Shown here piece after piece: positions 12,346 through 24,900 of a stretch of DNA of 64,000 bases. Numbering within the stretch: the first letter of the stretch is position 1; each line of letters opens with the position of its first letter. The DNA comes from the human T2T-CHM13v2.0 reference genome, Homo sapiens. The notes beneath the pieces were generated by a model that worked only from the letters and a program-made list of their open reading frames with translations, did not search any database and was not told the DNA's origin. The stretch spans positions 38,080,001 to 38,144,000 of the forward strand of contig CP068257.2 in NCBI GenBank assembly GCA_009914755.4, written 5' to 3'. The translations under genes and the position numbers were made by a program.

Positions 12346-14109
12346 AGTTGAAATTTTTTTTTTTTGAAAAGGACAGTCTTTGTCATAAACTTCCTGGGGC
12401 TCAAATCCAAGCTTTGCCTTCTACTGTGTGACTTCGTGCAAGTTATTTCATTTATTTGGGCCTTAAATTCCTCATCTCTAACATAAGGATAAAATAACAT
12501 TACCTATGTGTTATAAAACCATTGAGCAAAGTAAAAAAAAAAATAATCAGAAAGTGCTTCTAGGAGGCTTGCATAGACTAAAAACTCCACAAATGTTAGC
12601 TATTATATTGTGAGTGGTGAGCAAAAACGACTTCAGTTTTATGTAAAGTGTCTGAATTTTATACCGTGAGACTGTATTTTCAATGTATTATAAGTGTAAT
12701 TAATAATAATAATTTTAAAAATAAATAGATAAAGTAACAGAAGTAGAAATGCAGATGACTCTGTCAAGAAGTTTAAAGAAAAGAAGGGGAAGAAAGGCAG
12801 CTCAGGGAAAAGAAGTGAAACATCTCCATTTAAACATAATGTGCTTCACACGTGTTCACAAGTCTGCACTGTGGGTTTAAGTTCTAAGCTCAATACCAGC
12901 TAGTTGAGTAACATCAACCCTTAAAACTCACTGCTTTACTGATAATGCAAATGACCTGGAGAGACATAAAATAGGAGCAGAAGTTTACCTTAAAAATCAC
13001 AAATTGATGTCCATGTCTTAAGAGAAATTTATCAACATAACTAGAAAGCAGTTGAAGCCAAGAACTAAAGTGCCCTGTGAAAAAAATAAAGCATGATTTG
13101 CACAGTTCCCAGGTTCAGAATACATGGGCAAGCTAGATGGCAAGACCAGGGAAAACTCTGGTGGACACTAAATTAATTGCTGGCTGGCCACGCTTCTATG
13201 ACACCAAGAGATATATCTAAGCCCCTACCACACATCCACCTGCAGTGCCAACAGAGGATGCTGGGTGGCAGGTGGGGTTCGTAGCTAATGCTGAAATTTG
13301 CATCACTTTAAGACACCAGTGTCATCATAGCCCAGTGTCATCATAAGTGCACATTTAGAATTGAGGTGTATTCACTCCTGCATTCTAACGTAGAAAAGGT
13401 CCACTTCCCATCTGGTGTCTGTGGCCAGATGGAGGTGTAGGGTCTTAGGAAAGCAATATGTCTTGAAATATTCATAATGAAATAATGTCAATTGAAATAA
13501 ACCACATCAACAAAACCTAGTAGCTGACCCTACTCTTTGGTTTTCAGTCTTTAAAAATTCAGAAGGGAAATGCATCTAAGCAATTCCAATGCACCCAGTT
13601 TCCCCATTTACTAGTTGAGTAATGTAAAGGAAACAACTTGACTTTTCTAAGCTTATCTATTAATACAAAACAATGCAATGAGCGTTGCCAGGCCCTAAAT
13701 ATTGGGAGCACTTGCCTTGGGCCAGAAGCTCAGCATGGGGTCATGGCTTACACATGGTGAGTCCTGGCTACTCCACAGGGTGGCTGACTTCCTTCCTTGT
13801 CTCTTCCATCTACACAACCTGTGAGGAGGAAGTCACTTGACCAAATGAAAAATCTAAAACTAGGAAGCCTAAAAGTGTGGTTCAAATCTCACAGTTTACT
13901 ATGTTTATCACGTTTACTCTGGCAGAGCTCATCAGCTTGAAAACCTCGTTTCTTTACCAGGGAATCCACTCTGGGGAAGCAACAGTCCAAGATGTTACTG
14001 GAAAGGAGTCCCAATCCAGATCCCAAGAGAAGGTTCTTGGATCTCGTGCAAGAAGGAATTCAGGGCGAGTCCATGCAGTAAAGTGAAAGGGGCTGCTGGT
14101 TGCCCATGT

Positions 14110-14480
14110 TTATGGTTATTTCTTGATGATATGCCAAACAAGGGGTGCATTATTCATGCCTCCCCATTTTAGACCATATAGGATAACTTTTTGACGTTGC
14201 CATGACATTTGTAAACTGTCATGGTGCTGATGGGAGTGTAGCAGTGAGGACGACCAGAGGTCTCTTCCGTTGCCATCTTGGTTTTGGTGGGTTTGGCCAG
14301 CTTCTTTACTGCAACCTCTTTTATCAGCAAGGTTGTTATGACCTATATCTTCTGCTGACCTCCTATGTCATCCTGTGACTAAGAATGGCTTAACCTCCGG
14401 GGAATGCAGCCCAGTAGGTCTCATCCTTATTTTACCCAGCTTCTATTCAAGATGGAGGTGCTCTGCTTCAAACTCCTCTG
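14110..14480 (+). repeat. Unclassified interspersed repeat (LTR-like, recognised as recurrent in human DNA; family not recalled)
   Basis: gttgccatgacatttgtaaactgtcatggtgctgatgggagtgtagcagtgaggacgaccagaggtc ... ccatcttggttttggtgggtttggccagcttctttactgcaacc ... gggaatgcagcccagtaggtctcatccttattttacccagc. Confidence 0.3.
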
Positions 14481-14869
14481 ACAAAACCATCAGAAACCAG
14501 AGAGAAGGCAGACGCCTCAAGGTGACGCTGGCCAAGACCCAGACAGGCATCATGTGTCCCAGTGGAGACTGGCTCGTGATGACACCTGAGCCACAGACGA
14601 TCCCTCTCACACCTAGATGCTATCTAAGGCCGATGGCAACCGGATGCCACCCTGAGCATGAGGTAGGAGGCAATTAACCCCTGGTTGGCTGAATTGACCC
14701 AGAGAACGGAGTTGACCTTCAGTTATCAATGTTGAACATTCTTCTAAGAAGACGTGAGGAGAGCTTGAGATAGAAATTAAATTCAGACATACTCAGCATG
14801 TAAAAATAAGGGATGTTCCATCTGTTGCCCACCCGAGGATAATGGATTGACACTTCAGGGACTTTAGCA

Positions 14870-15055
14870 ATATGCCAGGCACTGTGCTAAGTAACTGACA
14901 CTGATTAGACCGTTTAATAATTACAACTGAATGGGTGGTTAATGATTGTTATTTCATTGTTTTAGATGAGAAGCTCAGAAAAGTCAAGTAGCTTCGTTAA
15001 GATTGCACAACTAGTAAATGAGGGAATCGGGAGTGCTGGGATTTTTAAGGTGCAT
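14870..15055 (-). mobile_element. MIR (mammalian-wide interspersed repeat) fragment
   Basis: Reverse complement of the MIR core: atgccaggcactgtgctaagtaactgacac ... ttttagatgagaagctcagaaaagtcaagtagcttcgttaagattgcacaactagtaaatgagggaatcgggagtgctgggattt, compared with MIR ...ttttacagatgaggaaactgaggcacagagaggttaagtaacttgcccaaggtcacacagctagtaagtggcagagccgggattcgaac. Confidence 0.6.
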
Positions 15056-16005
15056 TTCCCTTCTGAATGGCTGAAAACTGCAAAGTAGAGTCAGTTAGAC
15101 ATCCAGCTATCAGCTTTATGCATTGGGTCCTATGGTAGAGAGAATGTATCTCAGGTCTGAGCCTGAACTTTCACCCTCATGCTCCTTCATAGCCCCATGT
15201 CTCCAGAGTCTGGGCTTCAGACATTGCCCTGGGTCAGGATTCCCAGGAAACAGACTCTGAGATGGAGATGTGCATGCAGGTGGTGACTGGGAATGGCTCT
15301 GAGGAACAGCCCCTGTGTGGGAGGGAGGGAGCAGGATGCCGCAGGAGAAATTAAAGTGCAATAGGGATGCAACTGAGGCCTCAGCTGATCTCACGGAGAG
15401 CTTTGAAGCTTGGGTGGCATTTCAGAGATGCCTTGAATTAAAGTTTTGGGACTGGGTCTTTGTATCCTAGCATCACTGGATGCAGTCACTGGATGCAGGC
15501 TACCCCTGGCGTCTGAGGAATGCGCACCCTGAACTGAGGGCAGGAGTTGGCCAACATACCACAGAACCACTGCAGTCCACCTGCAGCATTCCGCCACGTT
15601 CCAGAAGCTCGCTTGATGTGGGCAGAGCTCGTCTGGGACTTGGTTGGTCTCTTCCTGGATAAACCTACAATGGAAAGGTTATTGAGACAAACTGATGTCT
15701 CTGTGCTGAAGTGATCTTGGGACAATGACAGATACTCATGACCTCCCGCATCTACTACCCAGTCTTGATTCTCCTCACCCCCAGCTAGCACTGCTAGACT
15801 TAGACTTTGATGGTCCAGGGTGGGGGCTGCCCAGACTCTCATCCCTCGGGGTCTCCTTCCTCTGCTCACCATACCTTCCTTGGTTCACGACTGAGGTGCC
15901 CTCCATTTGTTATCAATATTCAGTCAGCAAGGACTAATAAACACCTCCGTGGATCATGTGGGTGCTGAAGGTGTTCTTCCTTCCTTCCATGTGCAACGGC
16001 AGGCT

Positions 16006-16300
16006 CTTTTTTTTTTTTTTTTGAGACGGGTCTCACTCTGTCGCCAGGCTGGAGTGCAGTGGTGCGATCTCTCGGCTCACTGGAACTTCCACCTCCCGGA
16101 TTCAAGCGATTCTCCTGTCTCAGTCTCCCGAGTAGCTGGGACTTTAGGTGCGCCCCACCATGCCCAGCTGATTTTTGTATTTTTAGTAGAGGCAGAGTTT
16201 CACCATGTTGGCCAAGATGGTCTCGATCTCTCGACCTTGTGATCTGCCCACCTCAGTCTCCCAAAGTGCTGAGATTACAGGCGTGAGCCACTGCACCCCA
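16006..16300 (-). mobile_element. Alu, full length
   Basis: Poly-T then gagacgggtctcactctgtcgccaggctggagtgcagtgg ... cccaaagtgctgagattacaggcgtgagccactgcaccc. Confidence 0.95.
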
Positions 16301-16319
16301 CCAGAAGCCTCTTTTTTAA

Positions 16320-18250
16320 TGATTAGGGCCAATTAATCCTTTCAGATGGTGACACCTTTTCTTGCTGCTGGTTGTATGGCAAAAGAAGCCTGAAGTGTCA
16401 GGGAGGCAGTCCCAGCTTAATGTGTAATGAGACTCTCGCTGTGTCCCTTAGTGGGAAAAGTCCCCCTCTGGGGAGCTGCAACGATGGGAAGCACAGTTCT
16501 CTAAGTGAGCCACTGGGAGCAATCATAAGTAGGGCAGCACTCCTTCCAGCCACTGAATCCCATACTCATGGTAGACCTTCTGGGGACACAATACCATGCC
16601 TTTGTTATTGATTTCAAGAGAATATTGCATCTTGGAGTGTAGTGCCCCATCCTTGCAGGAGATTATCTCCAAGCTGTATCCTCAAAGGGTAGCTTCTTTG
16701 AGCTATCAGGACAGAAGCTCCAGGGCAGTGCGGGATGTGATAGGACTGGTGAACCCATGCTCACTTGCACGCTGTCAAACTTCTTTTGCTGTGAAGCGGG
16801 TCCCTGGGTCCAAAGGCAAGTCGTGCAGGATTCACGTGGGTGGACCAGACGTTTTGTAAACCCTCGGATAGTGATGGTGCCTGAAGTTCTGTGGAAAGGA
16901 AAGCCAAACTCCCACCAGGATATGAGTTAATTCCTGTCAAGCAGAATCATTCCCTTCCAGACTGGCTGGTTGGTCTCTGAGTGATTGTGCCATACTGGGG
17001 GCTCAGGGTTGTTCTCTGTGGCTTGCAGGTTGGGTATTTAGTAGCTAGATCAGCCTTGGTGAGTTGGAGACCATGCTGTTGGGTCCATGCATAGCCTCCT
17101 TCCCTGTCACCACAGCTGCTTCGTTCATGGGTTCATTGGGCCACTACTGGAGTGAGCAGTGAGTGAGGAGGGCTGAACCTCGGCTGGCTGAGTCATTCTC
17201 CCTCCTTGTTGTTTGATGTCTCTTCCACGGTGAATGCTGTCTTGGGGAAACTAACATAGAACATGACCATCTTTATGTTTAATGCTCATCCTGACAGGAC
17301 CATTCACAGGCCTCCTTGTCCCAAACTTTGAATTTTTCTTCTTGTAAGTCACTCAACAACCAGCCAAGCCATTCACCACTGCCAGTGAATCTATATGTGT
17401 TTTAACCTCGGGCCACTTTTGTTTCCGCTCCAAGTAGATGACATTGGGAAGAAGTCCCTCATTACGTCTTTCAGGGGCACCCTGAATTATCAGGGGCTGT
17501 AGTGCAGGAATAGTCCATTTTCAGCTAGTACCATGTAGCAAGTTTACCCATCTGCCATCTGTGAACCAAGCATTTCCCTCCCTGCTCAGCAGGTAAAAAG
17601 GGACAAGCCCCTTTCCCTGCCACCGTGTGGTCACAGGAGTTAACTGAAGGGAAAGCACTGGTTAGAAGTGGTGGATGACAGGCAGGGCTGGGTGTGGGAG
17701 AGTGTCTCGGACACCTGCCACTGCAACTTACAAGTGCCTTCTGGCCCTACTGGTGCTCCATCATGAGAATTATTTGCAGATTGCTTGTCTGACCTTATGA
17801 GTTAGGGGGTCCTGACCTGAACCCAGGTCATGGTGGGCTGGCTGCATGGTCCTTGTTGCCATGGTTAGGTAGCAGGACAAAGCTTTTTTCAAATAGTGCA
17901 TATTTTTCTGCTGCTAATGATGTGAGCTTGCTCTAGACCTAAGGGTCTGTGCTGTGATTCTCCTGTTGAGACTTGTCTTAACTGCCACCTGGTGTCTTTT
18001 CCCACTAGGGCCTGCCGGGCTGTATGGGCCCAACAGCAGGGACACTTGCACCTCAGCCTGGACCTGCTGCCCTGCTCTTCCTTCTCTGGGTCTCATGCAA
18101 AACTGGCATCTTTCATGTCGCAGGATAAGTGTGTTTCAGCAATGTTCCCAAGGGTGGGAAATGCTGCCTCCAGAATCCAGAGAAGTCTGCTGGGCCTTGT
18201 GCTTCCTTCTTAAAGGTGGGAGGTGTAAGGTGCAATAATTTTATGTTTTA
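16320..18250 (-). mobile_element. ERV-L-type internal sequence (pol, RNase H region); boundaries uncertain
   Basis: The minus-strand translation around 17551-17580 gives ...GKGLVPFYLLSREGNAWFTDGRWVNLLHGTS, matching the RNase H motif W(F/Y)TDGS. Around 17360-17390 it gives ...EVKTHIDSLAVVNGLAGC, matching the ERV-L motif YTDSWAVANGLAGW. The composition lacks simple repeats and looks coding-derived. Confidence 0.5.
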
Positions 18251-18934
18251 CTTTAGAGGGAATGTCCCAGCAAGCCCCAGACCACTGGATCCTTACAAAC
18301 ATACTGATCTATGGGGTTCCTGATCTTCATAGGGTTTCTCTCTTATCTTTCTTCCCACCTCCTGGCAACATACTTGTTGCATTTTGTTCATTCAGCCTTA
18401 ATGTGTCCACATAGTGGACCAACATGATGCACTGTGGAATGTCCACAAGGTCCCGGTCTTTTCAGCCTGTATCCTGACAGAGAGCTGGAGAATTAACATC
18501 GCCCTGGGAAGAGCTGTGAATGAGTACTGCTATCCATCCCACGTGAGCGCGAGCTGCTCCTACTCCTCTCTGCTGATAAAGAGGAGAAACCGCATTCATC
18601 GGTTGCTTGGCTGTGTGCCTTGTCTATGGTCACTGGCTCTAGAAAAAGTTCTACATGGGCTCAGCAGCTGTGCTTGGGACTACACTTAGGTGAGTTTGCA
18701 GTACTTCACTTTCACCTTCTAAGATGTCTGTGGCTTGGAAGCAGCCTGATTAGTGAATGAAAAAGGGATATGATGGAATCCATTGGCCTTGCTTCCCTTG
18801 CATCTACTGTTTCCCTTGGGATACAATATTGTTTTTGATTTACTGTCTTGGCCTGAAGGCAAACATAAGTTTTTGCTTGGCTTACCCCACTGTGATAGCT
18901 CTTACTCTGCAGAACAAGGAATCTATACATGGTG

Positions 18935-19372
18935 TATTTGTTTACTAGGGCTGACATAATAAGTATCACACACTGGGTGGCTTAAACATAAGAAATGTAT
19001 TGTCTCAGTCCTGGAGGCCAGAAGCCTGAGGGCTGGCTCCTCTGAGGTCACAAGAGGAGATCTACTCCAGGCTCTCCCACAGCTTCTGCTGGTTGCTGCA
19101 GCTGCTGGTGAGCTTTGGCTTATAGAAGCATCACTGGGGTCTGTGCCTTCTTCTTCACGTGGTATCCTTCTTGTGTGTGTGTGTCTGTGTGTAAATTTCT
19201 GTTTTATAAGGACACCAGGCACATGGGTTAGGGCTCACCCTAGTGACCTTATCTTAACTCATTACATCTGCAATGACCCTTTTTTCAAATAAGTTCACAT
19301 TCTGAGGTACTGAACATCAGGACTCCGATATATAATTTTGTTTGGGGGAAGACTCAATTCAGCCCATAACTT
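18935..19372 (+). mobile_element. MaLR LTR (MLT1/MST-type)
   Basis: cacactgggtggcttaaacataagaaatgtattgtctcagtcctggaggccagaagcctgaggg ... tttataaggacaccaggcacatgggttagggctcaccctagtgaccttatcttaactcattacatctgcaatgaccc ... ttcagcccataac. Confidence 0.65.
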
Positions 19373-19477
19373 GTGGGTTCTACCAACTGTCAAGTGTGCC
19401 CACCCCAATTACACATGGTGGATGGGGAAGCACCCACTGGGTGAGTCTACGGGCCTGATGGGCCTGGGCCAGGACTC

Positions 19478-19605
19478 TTCCTTCCTTCCTTCCTTCCTTT
19501 TTTCTCCCTTTCCTTTCCTTTTCTTTCTTTCGTTCTTTCTTTCTTTTCTTTCTTTCTCATCTCCCTTCCCTTCTCTTCCTTTCTTTCTTTTCTTTTCTTT
19601 CTTTT
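19478..19605. repeat. (TTCC/TTTC)n polypyrimidine simple repeat (A-tail region of the adjacent Alu)
   Basis: ccttccttccttccttccttttttctccctttcctttccttttctttctttcgttctttctttc... Confidence 0.9.
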
Positions 19606-19889
<284 letters not shown>

Positions 19890-20801
19890 AGTTAATAATT
19901 TCTTATGCTATAAAGGCCTCTTTCTAAATGTAAATACATGCTTTTGTTTTCATCTGAGCCATAGCATTCCAACTTAGTTTTAGTCCAAGTTATGGAGGTC
20001 CACGTATTTATTTTCTTAATAATCATCTCTAGCACTCCTTCATTCCTTCATCCATTTATTTTCCATTGAGTGCTTATCCATGACAGGTAGTGTCCTAGAT
20101 TCTGAGGATACGTTGTAAACAAATAAGAAAATAGATCCTTGCTCTTGTATAGTACACAGAGTGTTATGGCTAATTTTAGCTTGGATTATGGAAGTATAAA
20201 TACAATTTCATTTTATGCAAGAAGAAAATATGGCTGGAAGATGATCATTCACGGGCTTTATAATTAGCATAATTTACAGTCTTCTTCCAACTTTAGGGTG
20301 AGAATTCACCGGATTACTGAGTTACCCAACCTCACTGAATCAAATGAAATGTGGGTGTGTGTGGGGGGGTGGCTGGGGAGGGAACCAACCCGGGGATGTT
20401 ATTAAAGTAAAATTTTATAGGAAGTCTTTCTCATTCAGTATATCACCCTGCAGTGCCACCTGGCGGTTACAATGAAGGAAACCATTTCAATCCACACTGA
20501 TAATTGTAGGAACCTGGAAACTGTGGGGGCTCCCATGCACTCATTTCCCAAGAGGGTGTCAGGAGGGTCGTGCACTAGAGCCCGCAGTGAGTACCTGTCT
20601 CAGTGCTTAGTTGCACCACTGCGGAGGAGGCATCATCCAGCCTGAAAGTGCCCTCCCTCATGACTCGTCCCTCCCCTAATACAAACACCGCACAGGTGGG
20701 GTCCAACCATAAGTCCCCACCCCTTACCACAGCTTAGACTCATTTGTTTGTGTGATTTATTTTATTTTCATTTTGTTACTAGCCACTCTAAAAACGAGAA
20801 T

Positions 20802-23645
20802 TTTTTTTTCTTTTTTTAAAAAAATTTATTTTAGGTTTGGGGGTACATGTGAAGGTTTTTTACGTAGATAAACACGTGTCATGGGGGCTTGTTGTACCTA
20901 TTTTTACATCACCCAGATATTAAGCCCAGTACCCAATAGTTATCTTTTCTGCTCCTCTCTCTCCTCCCACCCTCTCCGCTCAAGCAGACCCCACTGTCTG
21001 CTGTTTCCTTCTTTGTGTTCGTAAGTTCTTATCATTTAGCTCCCGCTTGTAAGTGAGAAAATGCAGTATTTGGTTTTCTGTTCCTGCATTAGTTTGCTAA
21101 GGATGATAGCCTCCAGCTCCATCTGTGTTCCAGCGAAACACATGATCTTGTTCTTCTTTATGGTTGCATAATATTCTATGGTGTATATGTACCACATTTT
21201 CTTTATCCAGTCTGTCACTGATGGGCATTTAGGTTGATTCTATGTCTTTGCTATGGTGAACAGTGCTGCAATGAACATTTATGTGCATGCGTCTTTATGG
21301 CAGAATTATTTATATTCCTCTGGGTATTTACCCATTAATGGGATTGCTTGGTCAAATGCTAGTTCTGCTTTTAGCTTTTTGAGGAATCACCACACTGCTT
21401 TTCACAATGGTTGAACTAATTTACACTCCCACTAACAGTGTATAAGAATTCCCTTTTCTCTGCAACCTAGCCATTATCTGTTATTTTTTTGACTTTTTAG
21501 TAATAGCCATTCTGACTTGTGTGAGATGGTATCTCACTGTGGTTTTGATTTGTATTTCTCTCATGATCAGTGATATTGAGCTTTTTTTCATATGCTTCTT
21601 GGACGCATGTATGTCTTCTGTTGAGAAGTGTCTGTTTATGTCTTATGCCCACTTTTTAATAGGATTGTTTTTCTCTTGTAAATTTAAGTTCCTTACAGAT
21701 GCTGGATATTAGACCTTTGTCAGATGCATAGTTTGCAAATAGTTTTTCCCATTTTGCAGGCTGTATGTTTACTCTGTTGATAGTTTCTTTTGCTGTGCAG
21801 AAGGTCTTAAGTTTAATTAGATACCATTTGTCAATTTTTGCATTTGTTGTGATTGCTTTTGGTGTCTTTGTCATGAAATCTGCCTGTTCCTAGGTCCAAG
21901 ATGGTATTGCCTAGGTTGTCTTCCAAGGTTCTTATAGTTTTGGGTTTTACATTTAAGTCTTCAATCCATCTTGAGCTGATTTGTGTATATGGTGTAAGGA
22001 AGGGGTCCAGCTTCAATCTTCTGCATATGGCTAGCCAGTTGTCCCAGCACCACTTATTGAGTAGGGAGTCTTTTCCGCATTGCTTGCTTTTGTCAACTTT
22101 GTCAAAGATCAGATGGTCGTAGATGTGCAGCCTTATTTCTGGGCTCTCTATTCTGTTCCATTGGTCTATATGCCTGTTTTTGTACCAGTACCATGCTATT
22201 TTGGACACTGTAGCCTTGTAGTATAGTTTGAAATCAGGTAACATAATTCCTCCAGATTTGTTCTTTTTGCTTAGATTGCCTTGACTATTTGGGCTCTTTT
22301 TTGGTTCCATATAAGTTTTAAAATATTTTTTTCTAGTTCTGTGAAGAATGTCATTGGTACTTTTATAGGAATAACATTGAATCTGTAAATTGCTTTGGGT
22401 GGTATAGCCATTTTAATGATATTGATTCATCTAATCCATGAGCATGCAGTGTTTTTCCATTTGTTTGTGTCTGTTCTGATTTCTTTGAGCAGTAATTCTT
22501 TTATAATTCTCATTGTAGAGATCTTTCACATCCCTGGTTAGCTGTATTCCTGGGTATTTTTTTTTTGTGTGTGTCACAATTGAGAGTGGGATTGCCTTTC
22601 TGATTTGGCTCTCAGTTTGGTTGTTCCTGGTGTATAGGAATGCTAGTGATTTTTGTACATTGATTTTATATCTTGCAACTTTGCTGAAGTTGTTTATCAG
22701 CTGAAGAAGCTTTGGGGCTGAAACTATAGGGTTTTCTATGTATAAAACCATGTCATCTACAAAAAGAGATAAGTTTGACTTCCTCTCTTCCTATTTGGAT
22801 ACCCTTTCTTTCTTTCTCTTGACTGATTGCTCTGGTTAGGACTTCCAATACTATGCTGAATGGAAGTGGTGAGAGAGGGTATTCTTGTCTTGTGCTGATT
22901 TTCAAGGGGAATGCTTCCAGCTTTTGCCCATTCGGTATAATGTTGGCTGTGGGTTTGTCATAGATGGTTCTTATTATTTTGAGGTATATTCCTTCAATAC
23001 CTCGTTTATTGAGAGTTTTTAACACAAATGGATGTTGAATTTTATCAAAAGCCTTTTCTGCATTTGTTGAGATAATCATATGGTTTTTGTCTTTAGTTCT
23101 ATTTATGTGATGAATCACATTTATTGATTTTCATATGTTGAACCAGGCTTGCATCCTGGGGATGAAGCCTACTTGTTTGTGGTGGATTAACTTTTTGATG
23201 TGCTGCTGGATTCGGTTTGCAAGTACTTTGTTGAAGATTTTTGCATGGATGTTTATCAAGGGTATTGGCCTGAAGTTTTCTTTTTTTGTTGTGTCTGTGC
23301 CAGATTTTGGTATCAATATGATGCTGGCCTCATAGAATGAGTTGGGGAGAAATCTTCTTCCTCAATTTTTTGGAATAGTTTCTGTAGGAGTGGTACCAGC
23401 TCTTCTTTGTACATCTGGTAGAATTGGGCTCTGAATTCATCACATCCTGGGCTTTTTTTGATTAGCAGGCTATTTATTACTGATTCAGTTTTGCAGCTCC
23501 TTATTGGTCTGTTCCCGGAATCCATTTCTTCCTGGCCCAATCTTGGGAGGGTGTATGTGTCCAGGAATTTATCCATCTCTTCTAGGTTTTCTAGTTTGTG
23601 TGCATAGAGGTCAAATGAAAATTTCTGTATTTCTTTCTTTCCTTC
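20802..23645 (-). mobile_element. LINE-1 (older primate L1, L1PB/L1MA-like), 3' 2.8 kb: 3'UTR plus most of ORF2, 5'-truncated
   Basis: Poly-T at 20802-20830, then gggggtacatgtgaaggttttttacgtagataaacacgtgtcatgggggc ... gtgagaaaatgcagtatttggttttctgttcctgcattagtttgctaaggatgatagcctccagctccatc. Minus-strand ORFs 21831-22310, 22431-22751, 22753-23118, 23131-23316 and 23313-23576 translate to L1 ORF2 segments (...[11 protein letters not shown]..., ...[39 protein letters not shown]..., [17 protein letters not shown]...). Confidence 0.9.
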
Positions 23646-23659
23646 TTTTTGTGTTGAAA

Positions 23660-23757
23660 GAAGCTCTTGCTATGTTGCCCAGGCTGGTCTTGCACTCCTG
23701 GGCTCAAGCAATCCTCCTGCCTCAGCCTCCCGTGTAGCTGGGGCTACAGGTGTGTGC
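23660..23757 (-). mobile_element. Alu fragment
   Basis: gctcttgctatgttgcccaggctggtcttgcactcctgggctcaagcaatcctcctgcctcagcctcccgtgtagctggggctacagg. Confidence 0.8.
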
Positions 23758-24520
23758 TTTTTATTGCACTTTTCTTCCACCTGACTGTAAGCTCCATGAG
23801 GGCAGAAGCCATGTCTGTTTCACATCCTCAAGGCACCAAAACCAGTATCTGATACATGATATGTGCTCTCTGTGTGTTGAAAGAGTGAATGGGTGTAGGG
23901 GGTGCCTGTGTTGTAAATCATGTTCTGGAGGTGACCTCATTTCCTTGGAGGCTTCCTCTGGATCAGGTCAGGCATATGATGAATCCCTAGGCTCTCTTTG
24001 CCAGCGTGGTGGCAGGTTCTCTTCCAGGTCTTGTTCAGGCTGATAATTGATCAGCAGTAATTGATATGAGGAGAGACAGAAGAAACAGACAGGAACTAGA
24101 ATCCATAGATTCCTGTGCATGCAATATACACCAATACGACTTAACACTGCTGCACATCACACCACTCTCACTAAGGGTCACTGGTCCCTAAAATATTTTC
24201 CTACAGGTATTACATGTAGACCACATAAAACAATCTATTTGGCTTGGTGTTCATGTGTTCTTCCCGCCATGCCATAGGGCCTGCTCTGTGCTCCAGCCAC
24301 TGAGGTTAGTGAGGCTGATAGGGAGTCATTTCCACTGGCAACACCCTGGGCCAAGCGTTATTCTCATAGTCACGAAGCAATCCTTGGCAATTCGACATGT
24401 GGAAACATCTTCATGATTTAGCTTTTGATTAAACTTTTTTTGTCTTAGACTTTTTAAAAATAACCTTTTTCCTTTAGAATAGTTTTATACATACAGAAAC
24501 ATTGTGAATATAGTATAGAT

Positions 24521-24900
24521 CAGCAGTCCCCAACCTTTTTGACACCAGGAATCATTTTCATGGAAGACAATTTTTCCACAGACCTGAGGTGAGGGAGACG
24601 GTTTCAGGATAAAACTGTTCCACCTCAGATCATCAGGCACTAGATTCTTATAAGAAGCACACAACCTAGATGCCTCTCACGCACAGTTCACAATAGGGTT
24701 CACACTTCTATGAGAGTCTGATGCCACCACTGATCTGACAGGAGGCTGAGCTCAGGCAGTAATGTGAGCAATGTGGAGTGGCTATAAATACAGATGAAGC
24801 TTTGCTTATTCACCAGCCACTCACCTCCTGCTGTGAAGAGCAGTTCCTAACGGGCCACAGACCAGGACCAGTTTATGGCCCAGGGGTTGGGGACCCCTGG
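24521..24900. mobile_element. Non-autonomous DNA transposon, about 380 bp, with terminal inverted repeats (MER-type, exact family not recalled)
   Basis: The left end is cagcagtccccaacctttttgacaccagg and the right end is ggcccaggggttggggacccctgg, reverse-complementary to the left. Internal blocks, gaagacaatttttccacagacc ... ttccacctcagatcatcaggcactagattcttataagaagcacacaacctagatgcctc ... ctgatgccaccactgatctgacaggaggctgagctcaggcagtaatg, match a recurrent human DNA-transposon consensus. Confidence 0.65.

Noticed and set aside
23770-23900. Possible MIR/MIR3-like fragment (ctgtaagctccatgagggcagaagccatgtctgtttcacatcctcaaggcaccaaaaccagtatctgatacatgatatgtgctc).
   Set aside because: Only a short and diverged resemblance to the MIR 3' region, below the level at which I would annotate it.
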